This document shows positions 40,102 to 48,664 of a stretch of 64,000 nt of DNA, one piece after another. A model generated the notes under the pieces. It saw only the letters and a list, made by a program, of their open reading frames with translations, searched no databases and was not told the DNA's origin. How positions within the stretch are numbered: the first letter of the stretch is position 1; every line of letters starts with the position of its first letter. The stretch lies in contig JAYNJV010000005.1 of the NCBI GenBank assembly GCA_038110525.1, positions 4,892-68,891 of the forward strand, written 5' to 3'. The position numbers and the translations under genes are program-made. The DNA comes from Candidatus Poseidoniales archaeon. Lineage in GTDB: Archaea > Thermoplasmatota > Poseidoniia > Poseidoniales > Poseidoniaceae.

Positions 40102-41412
40102 TTACATGTGTTGAATAATTTGATTGCCAAATTCGCTGCACGAAACAAGGGTAGCATCATCCATGAGACGTTCAAAGTCGTAGGTTACGGTTCCTGCTGA
40201 AATGGCACCTTCCATTCCTTTGATAATGAGATTTGCTGCTTCAGTCCACCCCATGTGTCTGAGCATCATTTCTGCGCTGAGAATTAGTGAACCTGGATTC
40301 ACCTTATCCTGTCCAGCGTATTTTGGAGCAGTACCATGTGTTGCTTCAAAGATAGCATGGCCACTTGTGTAGTTGATGTTTGCACCTGGCGCAATTCCGA
40401 TGCCACCGACTTGTGCTGCAAGTGCATCACTGAGATAATCTCCGTTAAGATTGAGGGTTGCAATGACCTCGTATTCTTTTGGCCTCAGTAAAATTTGTTG
40501 AAGCATAGCATCTGCAATTACATCTTTGATGATCATTCCAGCTCCTTTTTGTCCTTCAGGAATGATGTGCCACGGTCCGCCTTCGTATGGTTCTGCACCA
40601 AAGAATTCTCGTGCTACTTTGTAACCCCAATCTGCGAATGAACCTTCAGTAAATTTCATGATGTTTCCTTTGTGAACGATTGTTACGTTCGGTCGATTGT
40701 TTTGGATAGCATATTCAATTGCACTGTGAACAAGACGTTCAGTTCCAAGGTAACTCACTGGCTTGAGTCCGATACCAACTGTGACAGGTAAGTCTCGGGA
40801 TGGTGCTCCAATCGAAGTTAATGCATTGATCCATTGGTCTGATTTTTCCTTTGTACCAAATCGAATTTTGGCGTATCTTTCGGGGAATTGCTCTGAAAGC
40901 ATTTGTAGGAAGGATGCGTTGTCTTCAGTACCCGCTTCGAATTCAATTCCAGCGTAAATATCTTCGGTGTTTTCCCTGAAGATGACCATGTCGACATGTT
41001 GAGGTTCTCGTACTGGGGCAGGTACACCATTAAACCATCGAACAGGACGAACACAGGCAAACAAATCGAGTTGTTGTCGAAGTGCAACGTTGAGTGAACG
41101 AATTCCGCCACCAACAGGAGTTGTGAGCGGTCCTTTGATGGACACAAATCCTTCCGACATGGCTTGCAATGTGGTTTGAGGCAACCATTCACCAGTAGCA
41201 TGAAACGCTTTTTCACCCGCTAAAACTTCAATCCAGTGAATTTTTTTGTTACCGGCGTAGGCTTTCTCAACAGCAGCATCAACAACCTTGAGCATGACAG
41301 GTGAAATATCGATTCCGATACCATCTCCTTCAATATAGTGAACAATAGGCTCATCGGGTACGTGAAGTGTTCCGTTTTCAAAGGTAATAGGCATTCCAGT
41401 CATAACTCTCAT
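40102..41412 (-). CDS. icd: NADP-dependent isocitrate dehydrogenase (E. coli Icd type)
   Basis: [77 protein letters not shown]. Confidence 0.9.
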   Translation of the reverse strand: MRVMTGMPITFENGTLHVPDEPIVHYIEGDGIGIDISPVMLKVVDAAVEKAYAGNKKIHWIEVLAGEKAFHATGEWLPQTTLQAMSEGFVSIKGPLTTPVGGGIRSLNVALRQQLDLFACVRPVRWFNGVPAPVREPQHVDMVIFRENTEDIYAGIEFEAGTEDNASFLQMLSEQFPERYAKIRFGTKEKSDQWINALTSIGAPSRDLPVTVGIGLKPVSYLGTERLVHSAIEYAIQNNRPNVTIVHKGNIMKFTEGSFADWGYKVAREFFGAEPYEGGPWHIIPEGQKGAGMIIKDVIADAMLQQILLRPKEYEVIATLNLNGDYLSDALAAQVGGIGIAPGANINYTSGHAIFEATHGTAPKYAGQDKVNPGSLILSAEMMLRHMGWTEAANLIIKGMEGAISAGTVTYDFERLMDDATLVSCSEFGNQIIQHM

Positions 41413-41461
41413 GCCTTGCGACCGACATCTCCTTCAAGAATGAAACGCCCGCAATTTATTG

Positions 41462-41848
41462 ATGAAGGCAAGCGTTAGATGGGGTGGAGGAACAAAAATT
41501 ACTGGAGTAACCTCTCAAGGACAGGAGTTACATCTGAATTGGGAAGATGGGCCTTCACCGATGCAGGTGACGCTCCAAATGATTGGTGCCTGTTCGCTTG
41601 TCGATGTTGTTCTTGGACTCAAAGAGAGAGAATTTTCCGATGTTTGGGTCGAGTGCGATGCCATTAGGGCCACCGATTATCCTCGTATTTTCACAAATAT
41701 TCACATGGAGTATCACGTCAAAGGGAGCGTTCCTTTAACCTTAGTCCAGCGAATTGTAGAGAAGAGTCACGAAAAATATTGCAGTGTTTCCAACATGCTG
41801 AGTGAATCAGTTTCAATTACATTTGAGGTAAAAATTCATTCAGATTGA
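41462..41848 (+). CDS. OsmC/Ohr-family peroxiredoxin-like protein
   Basis: Two conserved Cys contexts (MIGACSLVDV and HEKYCSVSNML) at OsmC-like size. Confidence 0.7.
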   Translation: MKASVRWGGGTKITGVTSQGQELHLNWEDGPSPMQVTLQMIGACSLVDVVLGLKEREFSDVWVECDAIRATDYPRIFTNIHMEYHVKGSVPLTLVQRIVEKSHEKYCSVSNMLSESVSITFEVKIHSD

Positions 41849-42310
41849 AGGGGTGTTGAATTGTTTTTTCATGATTGATTGCAAAACTTTCAACAATTGT
41901 GTAAACAATTCCTTCCACTGCTCAGGCAAATTTTTGGGTGAGGTCAAGCCGATGAAAGAATCCTCCTTCTGAAGCACGGTTGCAAACGGACGAATCTTTT
42001 CTCCTCGGCTGTCGGTGAGTTCAAGCAAGAGGTGGTAGGCATCTCTATCTCTTTTGATAAGGACGGAGTTTACATCTAATTCCATTTGATAATCTAGTAC
42101 AGTTTGTAACAACTCGGTATCGGAAGCAATTTCTTCTTGTGCCAAGATTCGAAGCAAATCTTCAACGCTATCTTCTTGTTCGATTTCATCATCCATGAAA
42201 GCATCAAGTGGGTCTTCGTAAGTGGATTGTTCTACAATATTTGGTTGACCAACACCCAATTCCATGAATATATCAAAATCATCATCGTTGTCGCTATCTA
42301 CTGTAATCAT
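41840..42310 (-). CDS. acidic hypothetical protein
   Basis: 156-aa ATG ORF with a strong consensus TATA box 23-30 nt upstream. Confidence 0.45.
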   Translation of the reverse strand: MITVDSDNDDDFDIFMELGVGQPNIVEQSTYEDPLDAFMDDEIEQEDSVEDLLRILAQEEIASDTELLQTVLDYQMELDVNSVLIKRDRDAYHLLLELTDSRGEKIRPFATVLQKEDSFIGLTSPKNLPEQWKELFTQLLKVLQSIMKKQFNTPSI

Positions 42311-42332
42311 GAATCATGTGTTATTCCATTCA

Positions 42333-42340
42333 AATATAAA
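42333..42340 (-). promoter_or_regulatory. candidate archaeal TATA box (TTTATATT) for the 41840-42310 gene
   Basis: The minus strand reads GGTTTATATTTGA. The TATA box lies 23-30 nt upstream of the ATG at 42310, which implies a leaderless transcript. Confidence 0.45.
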
Positions 42341-42410
42341 CCATCGTTTTCTTTGGATGTAAATTGCATCAAGAACAAGTCTCAAAAAGTAGGGTTCAAG
42401 TCATTGAGTG

Positions 42411-43028
42411 ATGAGGTGGGTATTTGTATGGTTCACACTCATTGTCTTGCTTGTCAGCCCTTCGATTCTCTCTACAAACGCAAGTCATTTTGGCGTGGGT
42501 AATGCAGCCAACGAAGGTTGTCAATGTCATGCATTTTCAGCAGATACATTGATTCTTTTGGAAGATCTTCCACAACGCTTTGAATCAAACATGACTTTGA
42601 ATCTAACATTGTCATTGGAGAGCTCGATTCCGATGACTGAGGGGCAACATAATGGAGGCTTTCGATTGGAGTACATCGGAGAAGGTTCGGTTGTACCATT
42701 AGATCTCACATTAACACAGGAATTGGATGGTTATCTAACGCACACTGAAAATGGTTCGTTCTTGAGGGAATGGACTTTCGAATGGACGACACCTATGGAT
42801 AACTCAACCGTTGTCGAATTTCGAATTTATGGTAATGTAGTCAATGGAAACAACGAGCCTACAGGAGATGGCTGGTCAGAGTTGACCGTCAAAGTACCAG
42901 GGGTGCAAAGTAATGAGGACTTTTCTCTCAATACTTCTCAAGACATTGACCTCGTTGACATCGCAATACTTGTTCTTGGCCTATTGTTACTTGGATATCT
43001 ATTGTGGAGCAGTTTTCGGTCTAATTGA
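42411..43028 (+). CDS. secreted/anchored protein (N-terminal signal, C-terminal TM), unknown function
   Basis: Signal-like WVFVWFTLIVLLVSPSILS, a beta-rich middle, and a C-terminal helix IAILVLGLLLLGYLLW. Confidence 0.5.
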   Translation: MRWVFVWFTLIVLLVSPSILSTNASHFGVGNAANEGCQCHAFSADTLILLEDLPQRFESNMTLNLTLSLESSIPMTEGQHNGGFRLEYIGEGSVVPLDLTLTQELDGYLTHTENGSFLREWTFEWTTPMDNSTVVEFRIYGNVVNGNNEPTGDGWSELTVKVPGVQSNEDFSLNTSQDIDLVDIAILVLGLLLLGYLLWSSFRSN

Positions 43029-44151
43029 CGAATTCAATACTTTGATTTCGTAAAGCACGCAATTGCCGATTTTCATTTGACCCATGAATTTGGGCGCTCT
43101 TTACTCCAGTGAGTACAATCATGACTCGAATTTCATCACCCATCGATTCATCGACAGCAGCCCCCCAAATGATTTTTGCATGAGGTGAAATACGTTGTTG
43201 AATCAATTGGGCACAGATTTCTGCTTCGCCGAGGCTGAGGGAAGGCCCACCAACGACATTGATGAGTGCACCACGGGCATCGGAGGTATCCATTTCAAGC
43301 AAAGGTGATTCAAAGGCCTCCAATGTTGCCTTTGTTGCTCTTTCTGGCCCTCGCCCAGATCCAAGTCCAATCATGGCAACTCCGCTACCTGATTGGATAA
43401 CAGAACGCAAATCTTCAAAGTCGAGATTTACCATTCCTTCGGTCGTGAGAAGTTCTGTAACACCGGTGATCGAGCGCACCAGCAACTCGTCGCCAACTCT
43501 GAATGCTTTTGCGATTGGTAAATCCTTGACACCCTCAATTTCGAGGAGTCTTTCGTTCGGTATGACGAGAATGGTATCGCAGAACTCCCTCAATCGCTCA
43601 AGTCCCCATTCTGCATTTTGCTTTCGAAGTGAGCCTTCGGATTTGAATGGATAGGTCACAACGGCAAGCGTCAATGCTCCTTGTTGCTTTGCAAGTCGTG
43701 CAAGTTGTCCAGCAGCTCCTGTTCCAGAACCTCCACCCATTCCTGCAGTGATGATGGCAAGTTGTGTGTCTTCGGTGATTCGGCGAAGGGCATTTTCGGA
43801 CTCCAACGCTGCAGCTTCCCCTTTGGTGGGGTCTCCACCCGCACCGCGTCCTCTGGCTGTTCGGCCAATCAAGATTTTTTGATCAAGTGGCGATTGGAGC
43901 AAGGCTTGTGCATCGGTATTGATTGCATATCCTGTCACATACGAAGAGTCGAACAAGCCTTCCTCGTGGAGTCTGTTAATCGCATTGCAACCAGCACCAC
44001 CCACACCGTAGACTCGAATCCTTGGTTGTAAGGATTCCAAAAGGGCCCTCAGTTCTGCATCACTGCCTTCATCGAGGTGAATAGGGGGTGCAAAATCAGA
44101 TTGCAATTCGTCTTCAGATAACTGTAACACTCGCTCGATGAGATGGCGCAT
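43021..44151 (-). CDS. ftsZ: cell division GTPase FtsZ
   Basis: VYGVGGAGCNAINRL, tubulin signature GMGGGSGTGAAG, and NLDFEDLRSV. GGGGTGA SD-like sequence upstream. Confidence 0.9.
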   Translation of the reverse strand: MRHLIERVLQLSEDELQSDFAPPIHLDEGSDAELRALLESLQPRIRVYGVGGAGCNAINRLHEEGLFDSSYVTGYAINTDAQALLQSPLDQKILIGRTARGRGAGGDPTKGEAAALESENALRRITEDTQLAIITAGMGGGSGTGAAGQLARLAKQQGALTLAVVTYPFKSEGSLRKQNAEWGLERLREFCDTILVIPNERLLEIEGVKDLPIAKAFRVGDELLVRSITGVTELLTTEGMVNLDFEDLRSVIQSGSGVAMIGLGSGRGPERATKATLEAFESPLLEMDTSDARGALINVVGGPSLSLGEAEICAQLIQQRISPHAKIIWGAAVDESMGDEIRVMIVLTGVKSAQIHGSNENRQLRALRNQSIEFVN

Positions 44152-44237
44152 GGGTATTTTTCACCCCATCACATTTTGAATGTGCCGCTTCGAAGGAGGG
44201 GAATCGTTGCGATTTTCAGAGAGAAATTGTTTTCCCG

Positions 44238-45263
44238 TTAGTCGCGTAGACCATCTTGAGTGACTTCGTAGACGCATTCTCCATCTGGTAAATTTGGGGA
44301 GTCAACGAGACGGGCTATTCTCCGTCCGCCCTTTGCCTTTCTTAGGTACAGCCTGAATGTGCTTGCGTGGGCTAAGATGTGTCCACCAATTGGCTTGGTA
44401 GGGTCGCCCCAAAGTGCATCTGGTTTGGCATGAACCTGATTTGTGACAAGCACAAGGGCATTGTTCACATCTGCGAGTTGTTTCAAATCTTTGAGGTGAC
44501 TGTTGAGTTTTTGTTGTCTTCGAGCAAGCATGCCCCGACCAATGAATTCCGCTCTAAAGTGACTTGTGAGTGAATCGACAATGATCATTTTCACATTCAA
44601 GCCCTTGCTCATTCTCTTGATTTCATCCGTGAGTAGCATTTGATGAGCTGAATTGTATGCCCTCGCTACGTGAATGCGCGATAAGACATAATCTGGGTCA
44701 AGGCCGTGGCCCCTGGCCATTTGTGAAATTCGCTCTGGACGAAAAGTATCTTCAGTATCGATGTAAAATACGTCACCATCAAGACCGCCTTGGTCGATTG
44801 GAAGTGTACAATTTACTGCAAGTTGGTGTCCGATTTGTGTTTTCCCGCTACCGAATTCGCCGTAGACTTCGACGAGGGCTTGAGTTTCAAATCCTCCACC
44901 GAGTAGGTCATCAATGGACTGGACTTTGGAAGATAATTTTTGAACTTCTTTTCTTCGTTCGAGCAGGGCATCACCTGAAACGAATCCACCGATGTTAGCC
45001 ATTTTCTTTGCCGCAGCAATTATTTTTGCTGCAACCGCCTCTCCGAGTTCTGCTTCTTCTGAAAGGTCAGCAGGTGACATTACTGCGAGTGAAAGAAGCT
45101 CTTCAAAACCTGCTTCTCTCAATTTTTCTGCTGTAGCAGGACCTACGCCGGGTAAGTCTTCAATGGTCAACTCTGGCACTTCATCTTCCATTGGTATCTG
45201 CTCTTCAACCTGTGAACTTTGGTCTTTTTCATCTGTTTGTATGGCTTTCGATTTTGCTGGCAT
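44238..45263 (-). CDS. radA: DNA repair and recombination protein RadA
   Basis: N-terminal HhH domain ([20 protein letters not shown]), Walker [10 protein letters not shown], Walker [16 protein letters not shown]. Confidence 0.9.
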   Translation of the reverse strand: MPAKSKAIQTDEKDQSSQVEEQIPMEDEVPELTIEDLPGVGPATAEKLREAGFEELLSLAVMSPADLSEEAELGEAVAAKIIAAAKKMANIGGFVSGDALLERRKEVQKLSSKVQSIDDLLGGGFETQALVEVYGEFGSGKTQIGHQLAVNCTLPIDQGGLDGDVFYIDTEDTFRPERISQMARGHGLDPDYVLSRIHVARAYNSAHQMLLTDEIKRMSKGLNVKMIIVDSLTSHFRAEFIGRGMLARRQQKLNSHLKDLKQLADVNNALVLVTNQVHAKPDALWGDPTKPIGGHILAHASTFRLYLRKAKGGRRIARLVDSPNLPDGECVYEVTQDGLRD

Positions 45264-45403
45264 GTACCGAGAACATCTGCCTTCCCTATATGAAAGGTGA
45301 AAAGACTGCTCTGGAAATTTTTCAAAATAAAAACATTATCTCGCCATCGCAGTGCACTGTTATTTTACTTTAAGTTCATTTTAACACTCGATTAAACTGA
45401 AGT

Positions 45404-46207
45404 TTATTGGGGTAAATCGATTGGATTTGGCTCGGATTCTTTTTCTTCGTAACGTATGGAAACATCGTGTGCAATGTTGATGTTATCTTCCCCGTTGTCA
45501 ATGATGACATCCAAAGTCCACATACCGGAAGTCACACCCAATTGGTCATGTTCCCACAGTTTTGTTTGCCCATCTGCAACAGGTTCAGTTTTTGATGCAG
45601 TCGTATCACCTTCTGGATTATTTAATTTCCAAGTAATTGTGGTCGTTGACCCAGTTCCAGGAAACAAACTTTCAGGATTTGAAACCTGTGAATCTATGGC
45701 GATGAGCGTTGGACCTTCACAATCTTCACAGTCCGGAATGGTATTGATGCTCATGGTTTCTGGTTCATCTGAATTTTGTTCAATCCAATGAGTAAAGGAA
45801 TCGATTCGAATTGTTATGTCCATTTCAGCACGATTTTCACCTTCATCTGTTGCAGAAAGTTTCCCCAAAAATAGACCATGCGTTTGATACTCATACGTGA
45901 GGGATGCGGAATCAGATGCGAGAACTTCGATCTCAGCACTACCATCGCCAGGAGAAAATGAAAATGATTGCATTTCACCTTTGGTTGAGGTGGTTCTGGC
46001 GAAATCAAAGGATAATTCAACACCAGTTTGTGATATTCGCTGACCATTCGTCCAATTCTCATAAAGCGTCCCTGACGTCGAGTCAAAATACACGACAAGT
46101 GAAATTGGAGATGCATTAGACTCTTCGTTGGTTAAACATCCAGCCATGGTTGCAATCATGAACAAAGAGACGAACACCAATCCTGTTGTTCTCCTGCCCA
46201 TGTGCAT
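45404..46207 (-). CDS. lipobox-bearing secreted beta-rich protein (PKD/Ig-like), unknown function
   Basis: Signal plus Cys (LFMIATMAGC), followed by Thr/Ser/Glu-rich beta-type sequence. Confidence 0.5.
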   Translation of the reverse strand: MHMGRRTTGLVFVSLFMIATMAGCLTNEESNASPISLVVYFDSTSGTLYENWTNGQRISQTGVELSFDFARTTSTKGEMQSFSFSPGDGSAEIEVLASDSASLTYEYQTHGLFLGKLSATDEGENRAEMDITIRIDSFTHWIEQNSDEPETMSINTIPDCEDCEGPTLIAIDSQVSNPESLFPGTGSTTTITWKLNNPEGDTTASKTEPVADGQTKLWEHDQLGVTSGMWTLDVIIDNGEDNINIAHDVSIRYEEKESEPNPIDLPQ

Positions 46208-46299
46208 GGTAATGCATGGACATAGATGAATCCAATGGCTATGTTTTGATTTTCTTATGCATCGGTGGTTTCAAATTGGTGCACCAAAGCGGAGGAGTT

Positions 46300-46377
46300 A
46301 GCGAGGTGGGGTAGTCTGGATATCCCGTCGGGCTCATAACCCGGAGATCGATGGTTCAAATCCATCCCTCGCTACCA
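46300..46377 (+). tRNA. initiator tRNA-Met (anticodon CAT), genomically encoded CCA
   Basis: Hand-folded cloverleaf. Acceptor AGCGAGG/CCTCGCT gives A1:U72. Anticodon arm TCGGG-CTCATAA-CCCGG has three G:C pairs next to the loop. T arm GATGG-TTCAAAT-CCATC. Discriminator A followed by CCA. Confidence 0.85.
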
Positions 46378-47127
46378 TTAACCATACTCGTAATAGTCAT
46401 ATTTTGGTTGCAAACTTTGCAATGCTGCCTCAAGTTGTGCATTTGCAGCCCTTTCACCAGCGTCAATTTTGGTTATTTCATCTTCAAGAAATTGAATGAA
46501 CTGAGATGATCGTTGTTCGTGTTGTGAAGAAGATTTGATGGCGTGAAGAGCGTTCTTCACCGTGTCAACTTTGACTTTGGCACCGGATGTGGAATGAACA
46601 ACAAATTCCCCATGTATTCTTGACACGCCTTTGTTTTGTTCGCATGCAAGAAGAAAAAATGAACAGGTTTTTCCATCGAGAAATCCATTGAGAACAGCAT
46701 CGCACCAAACCTCAATGGGTTGGTCTAAGTATGAGGCACTTTTTTTGTACATTTTTTTTGCTTTGCTTGATTTACCTGCTTGAGCGAATAAATTTCCTGA
46801 GAGGTGATAATCTTCGCCGGGTGATGGTAGAGATTCGAGTAAGTGAGGAGCATTTTTGTTCAAATATCTGTAAAGTTTACTTCGAAACGAATGTAATTTG
46901 CTGACCCATTTTAGACCATCTTGACCCTTTTTTCGTTTGAAATGGATGGTGCAAAGTAATCGTAATCCTTTGACTAAATACACGAGTTGTTGAACATCTT
47001 CGCTGTGTTTTGTAAGCATCAGTTGACAAAATTCAGTGGCCATGACCTCAGCCAATTCAAGTCGTCCTTCACTTGAATAACGTTCGATCTGTAAGATTGT
47101 TTGGGCAGGGTCGCTCATGCCAAACAT
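46378..47127 (-). CDS. basic hypothetical protein, lower GC
   Basis: ORF whose stop (TAA, 46378-46380) directly abuts the tRNA CCA end. I prefer ATG 47127 (or 47118) over the track TTG at 47145. No motif recognised. Confidence 0.45.
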   Translation of the reverse strand: MFGMSDPAQTILQIERYSSEGRLELAEVMATEFCQLMLTKHSEDVQQLVYLVKGLRLLCTIHFKRKKGQDGLKWVSKLHSFRSKLYRYLNKNAPHLLESLPSPGEDYHLSGNLFAQAGKSSKAKKMYKKSASYLDQPIEVWCDAVLNGFLDGKTCSFFLLACEQNKGVSRIHGEFVVHSTSGAKVKVDTVKNALHAIKSSSQHEQRSSQFIQFLEDEITKIDAGERAANAQLEAALQSLQPKYDYYEYG

Positions 47128-47216
47128 CGTACTCGGAAATCGCAACTCTTCATCATGTATGATGTCTTTGTATCATTGATACGAAATTCGACTCTGTTCG
47201 AAAGCAACAAACCTAA

Positions 47217-47774
47217 ATGATTGCATGTGTTGGTCCATATGTGGAAATTCACGGGTGTATCTCAATAACTGGGACGCCAGGGGTTGGAAAAACAACGATA
47301 GCACAATTGTTGTCATCATCAATTGGTTTTGATGTTGTATCCATCGAAAAAGTAGCTTCTGATTCTCAATGTTTTGCAGGAGTGGATGAATCAGACAAGA
47401 CCTCGCTTATCGATGTGGATTGCTTGCAAGCCCAATCCGATTACAGGGGAAAAAACCTGATTATCGAAGGCCATCTTTCACACTTTGTTCCATCGGACAT
47501 CATCATTATTTTGCGATGTCACCCACAAGAAATCCAACGGCGACTCGAACAACGGGATTACTCTCCTGACAAAATTCGAAACAATGTGGAATGGGAATTG
47601 ATCGGTGGCGTATGGACAGAACTTGAAGAAGTAGAGCACGAAGCATCACTGCTTGAATTTAATACTTCAACTCAATCGCCTGAAGCGATTACAACAATGA
47701 TACTTGAATGCTTAACTTCGGGTATGTTCATGAAAAATAAGGATGATGTTATCGATTGGTTTGAAGAGGCTTGA
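47217..47774 (+). CDS. Fap7/AK6-type putative adenylate kinase (archaeal/eukaryal NTPase)
   Basis: P-loop ITGTPGVGKTT, then LIIEGHLSHF and ILRCHPQEIQRRLEQRDY. The start is uncertain (ATG 47217 or GTG 47241). Confidence 0.65.
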   Translation: MIACVGPYVEIHGCISITGTPGVGKTTIAQLLSSSIGFDVVSIEKVASDSQCFAGVDESDKTSLIDVDCLQAQSDYRGKNLIIEGHLSHFVPSDIIIILRCHPQEIQRRLEQRDYSPDKIRNNVEWELIGGVWTELEEVEHEASLLEFNTSTQSPEAITTMILECLTSGMFMKNKDDVIDWFEEA

Positions 47775-47853
47775 ATGAGCAAAAATTCATGCATTTACGC
47801 TTTGATACATACAAAAACATAACAATGCTCAACCATTTCGACCAAACGATAGC

Positions 47854-48561
47854 ATGGTGCTTGAGCAACTTCGGAAATCTTGGGAAAAAAGCCTCGACCC
47901 AATTCTTGAGAAATACGATTGGATTTCTCCTTCAATCATTACATGGATAGCCTTACCCATCGGTTTACTCGCCGCAATATTGTCTTGGTTTGCCCCGATG
48001 GGTGCTGAGGGCGGTTGGTGGTTTATCGGAAGTGCTGCGTTAATCGGCATAGCGATGATTTTTGATGGATTGGATGGGCCAATTGCGAGGAAGAAGGGGA
48101 TGGTGACTCGTTGGGGAGATTATCTCGACCATACTTTTGACCGTATTCTCGATGCAGCGTGGTTGATTGGACTGAGCGCCTCAGCATATGTGGACAATTT
48201 CGCATTAGGTTTTGCTGCTGCCTTCTTTACCTTGCTCGGCTCATACATGGGTACACAAGCCCAAGCCGTCTCTGGGACAAGAAATTATGGTGGCTTTTCA
48301 AGAGCAGATCGAACAATACTCATCATTCTCATGCTCACCATTATGGGTGTGGTGACAATCGCAGATTACCCATTTAAAGACCGATTTTTCGCACCATTTG
48401 ACTCCATTGCCCTCAACCCATTGTCTGTCGTCTTGTTCATCAGCCTATTTGGTGGTTTGTGGACGTTTTTCCTTCGATTTTTTCAAGCACAGAGCGTGAT
48501 TCAATCTATGGATGTCAACCACCCACTTCCGCAACCAAATGCTGCGCCCGAAGAAGAATAA
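47854..48561 (+). CDS. CDP-alcohol phosphatidyltransferase (archaetidylserine / archaetidylinositol-phosphate synthase class)
   Basis: Signature DGLDGPIARKKGMVTRWGDYLDHTFDRILD (D-G-x2-A-R-x8-G-x3-D-x3-D), with about 6 TM segments. Confidence 0.75.
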   Translation: MVLEQLRKSWEKSLDPILEKYDWISPSIITWIALPIGLLAAILSWFAPMGAEGGWWFIGSAALIGIAMIFDGLDGPIARKKGMVTRWGDYLDHTFDRILDAAWLIGLSASAYVDNFALGFAAAFFTLLGSYMGTQAQAVSGTRNYGGFSRADRTILIILMLTIMGVVTIADYPFKDRFFAPFDSIALNPLSVVLFISLFGGLWTFFLRFFQAQSVIQSMDVNHPLPQPNAAPEEE

Positions 48562-48618
48562 TCGGAAATGTAGCAAACATACTCAAATAGAACATTTTAA
48601 GCAAAATGGCGGCATAGT

Positions 48619-48628
48619 CATAATATAC
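48619..48628 (+). promoter_or_regulatory. candidate TATA box (CATAATATAC) for the 48665 surface-protein gene
   Basis: AT-rich box 37-46 nt upstream of ATG 48665. GGGGTGGGGT lies between the box and the start. Confidence 0.3.
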
Positions 48629-48664
48629 GAAGTTCACAGGTGTATAGACGGGGTGGGGTATCCA

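Noticed and set aside
42510-42530. GCQCH in the secreted protein, considered as a possible c-type heme-binding site.
   Set aside because: The canonical motif is CxxCH, and here only one residue separates the cysteines (CxCH). I have no supporting cytochrome maturation context, so I left the protein as unknown function.
48512-48664. 51-codon upstream extension of the 1,149-aa track ORF.
   Set aside because: It overlaps the end of the CDP-alcohol phosphatidyltransferase gene and the candidate TATA box. The internal ATG at 48665 gives a proper signal-peptide N-terminus.
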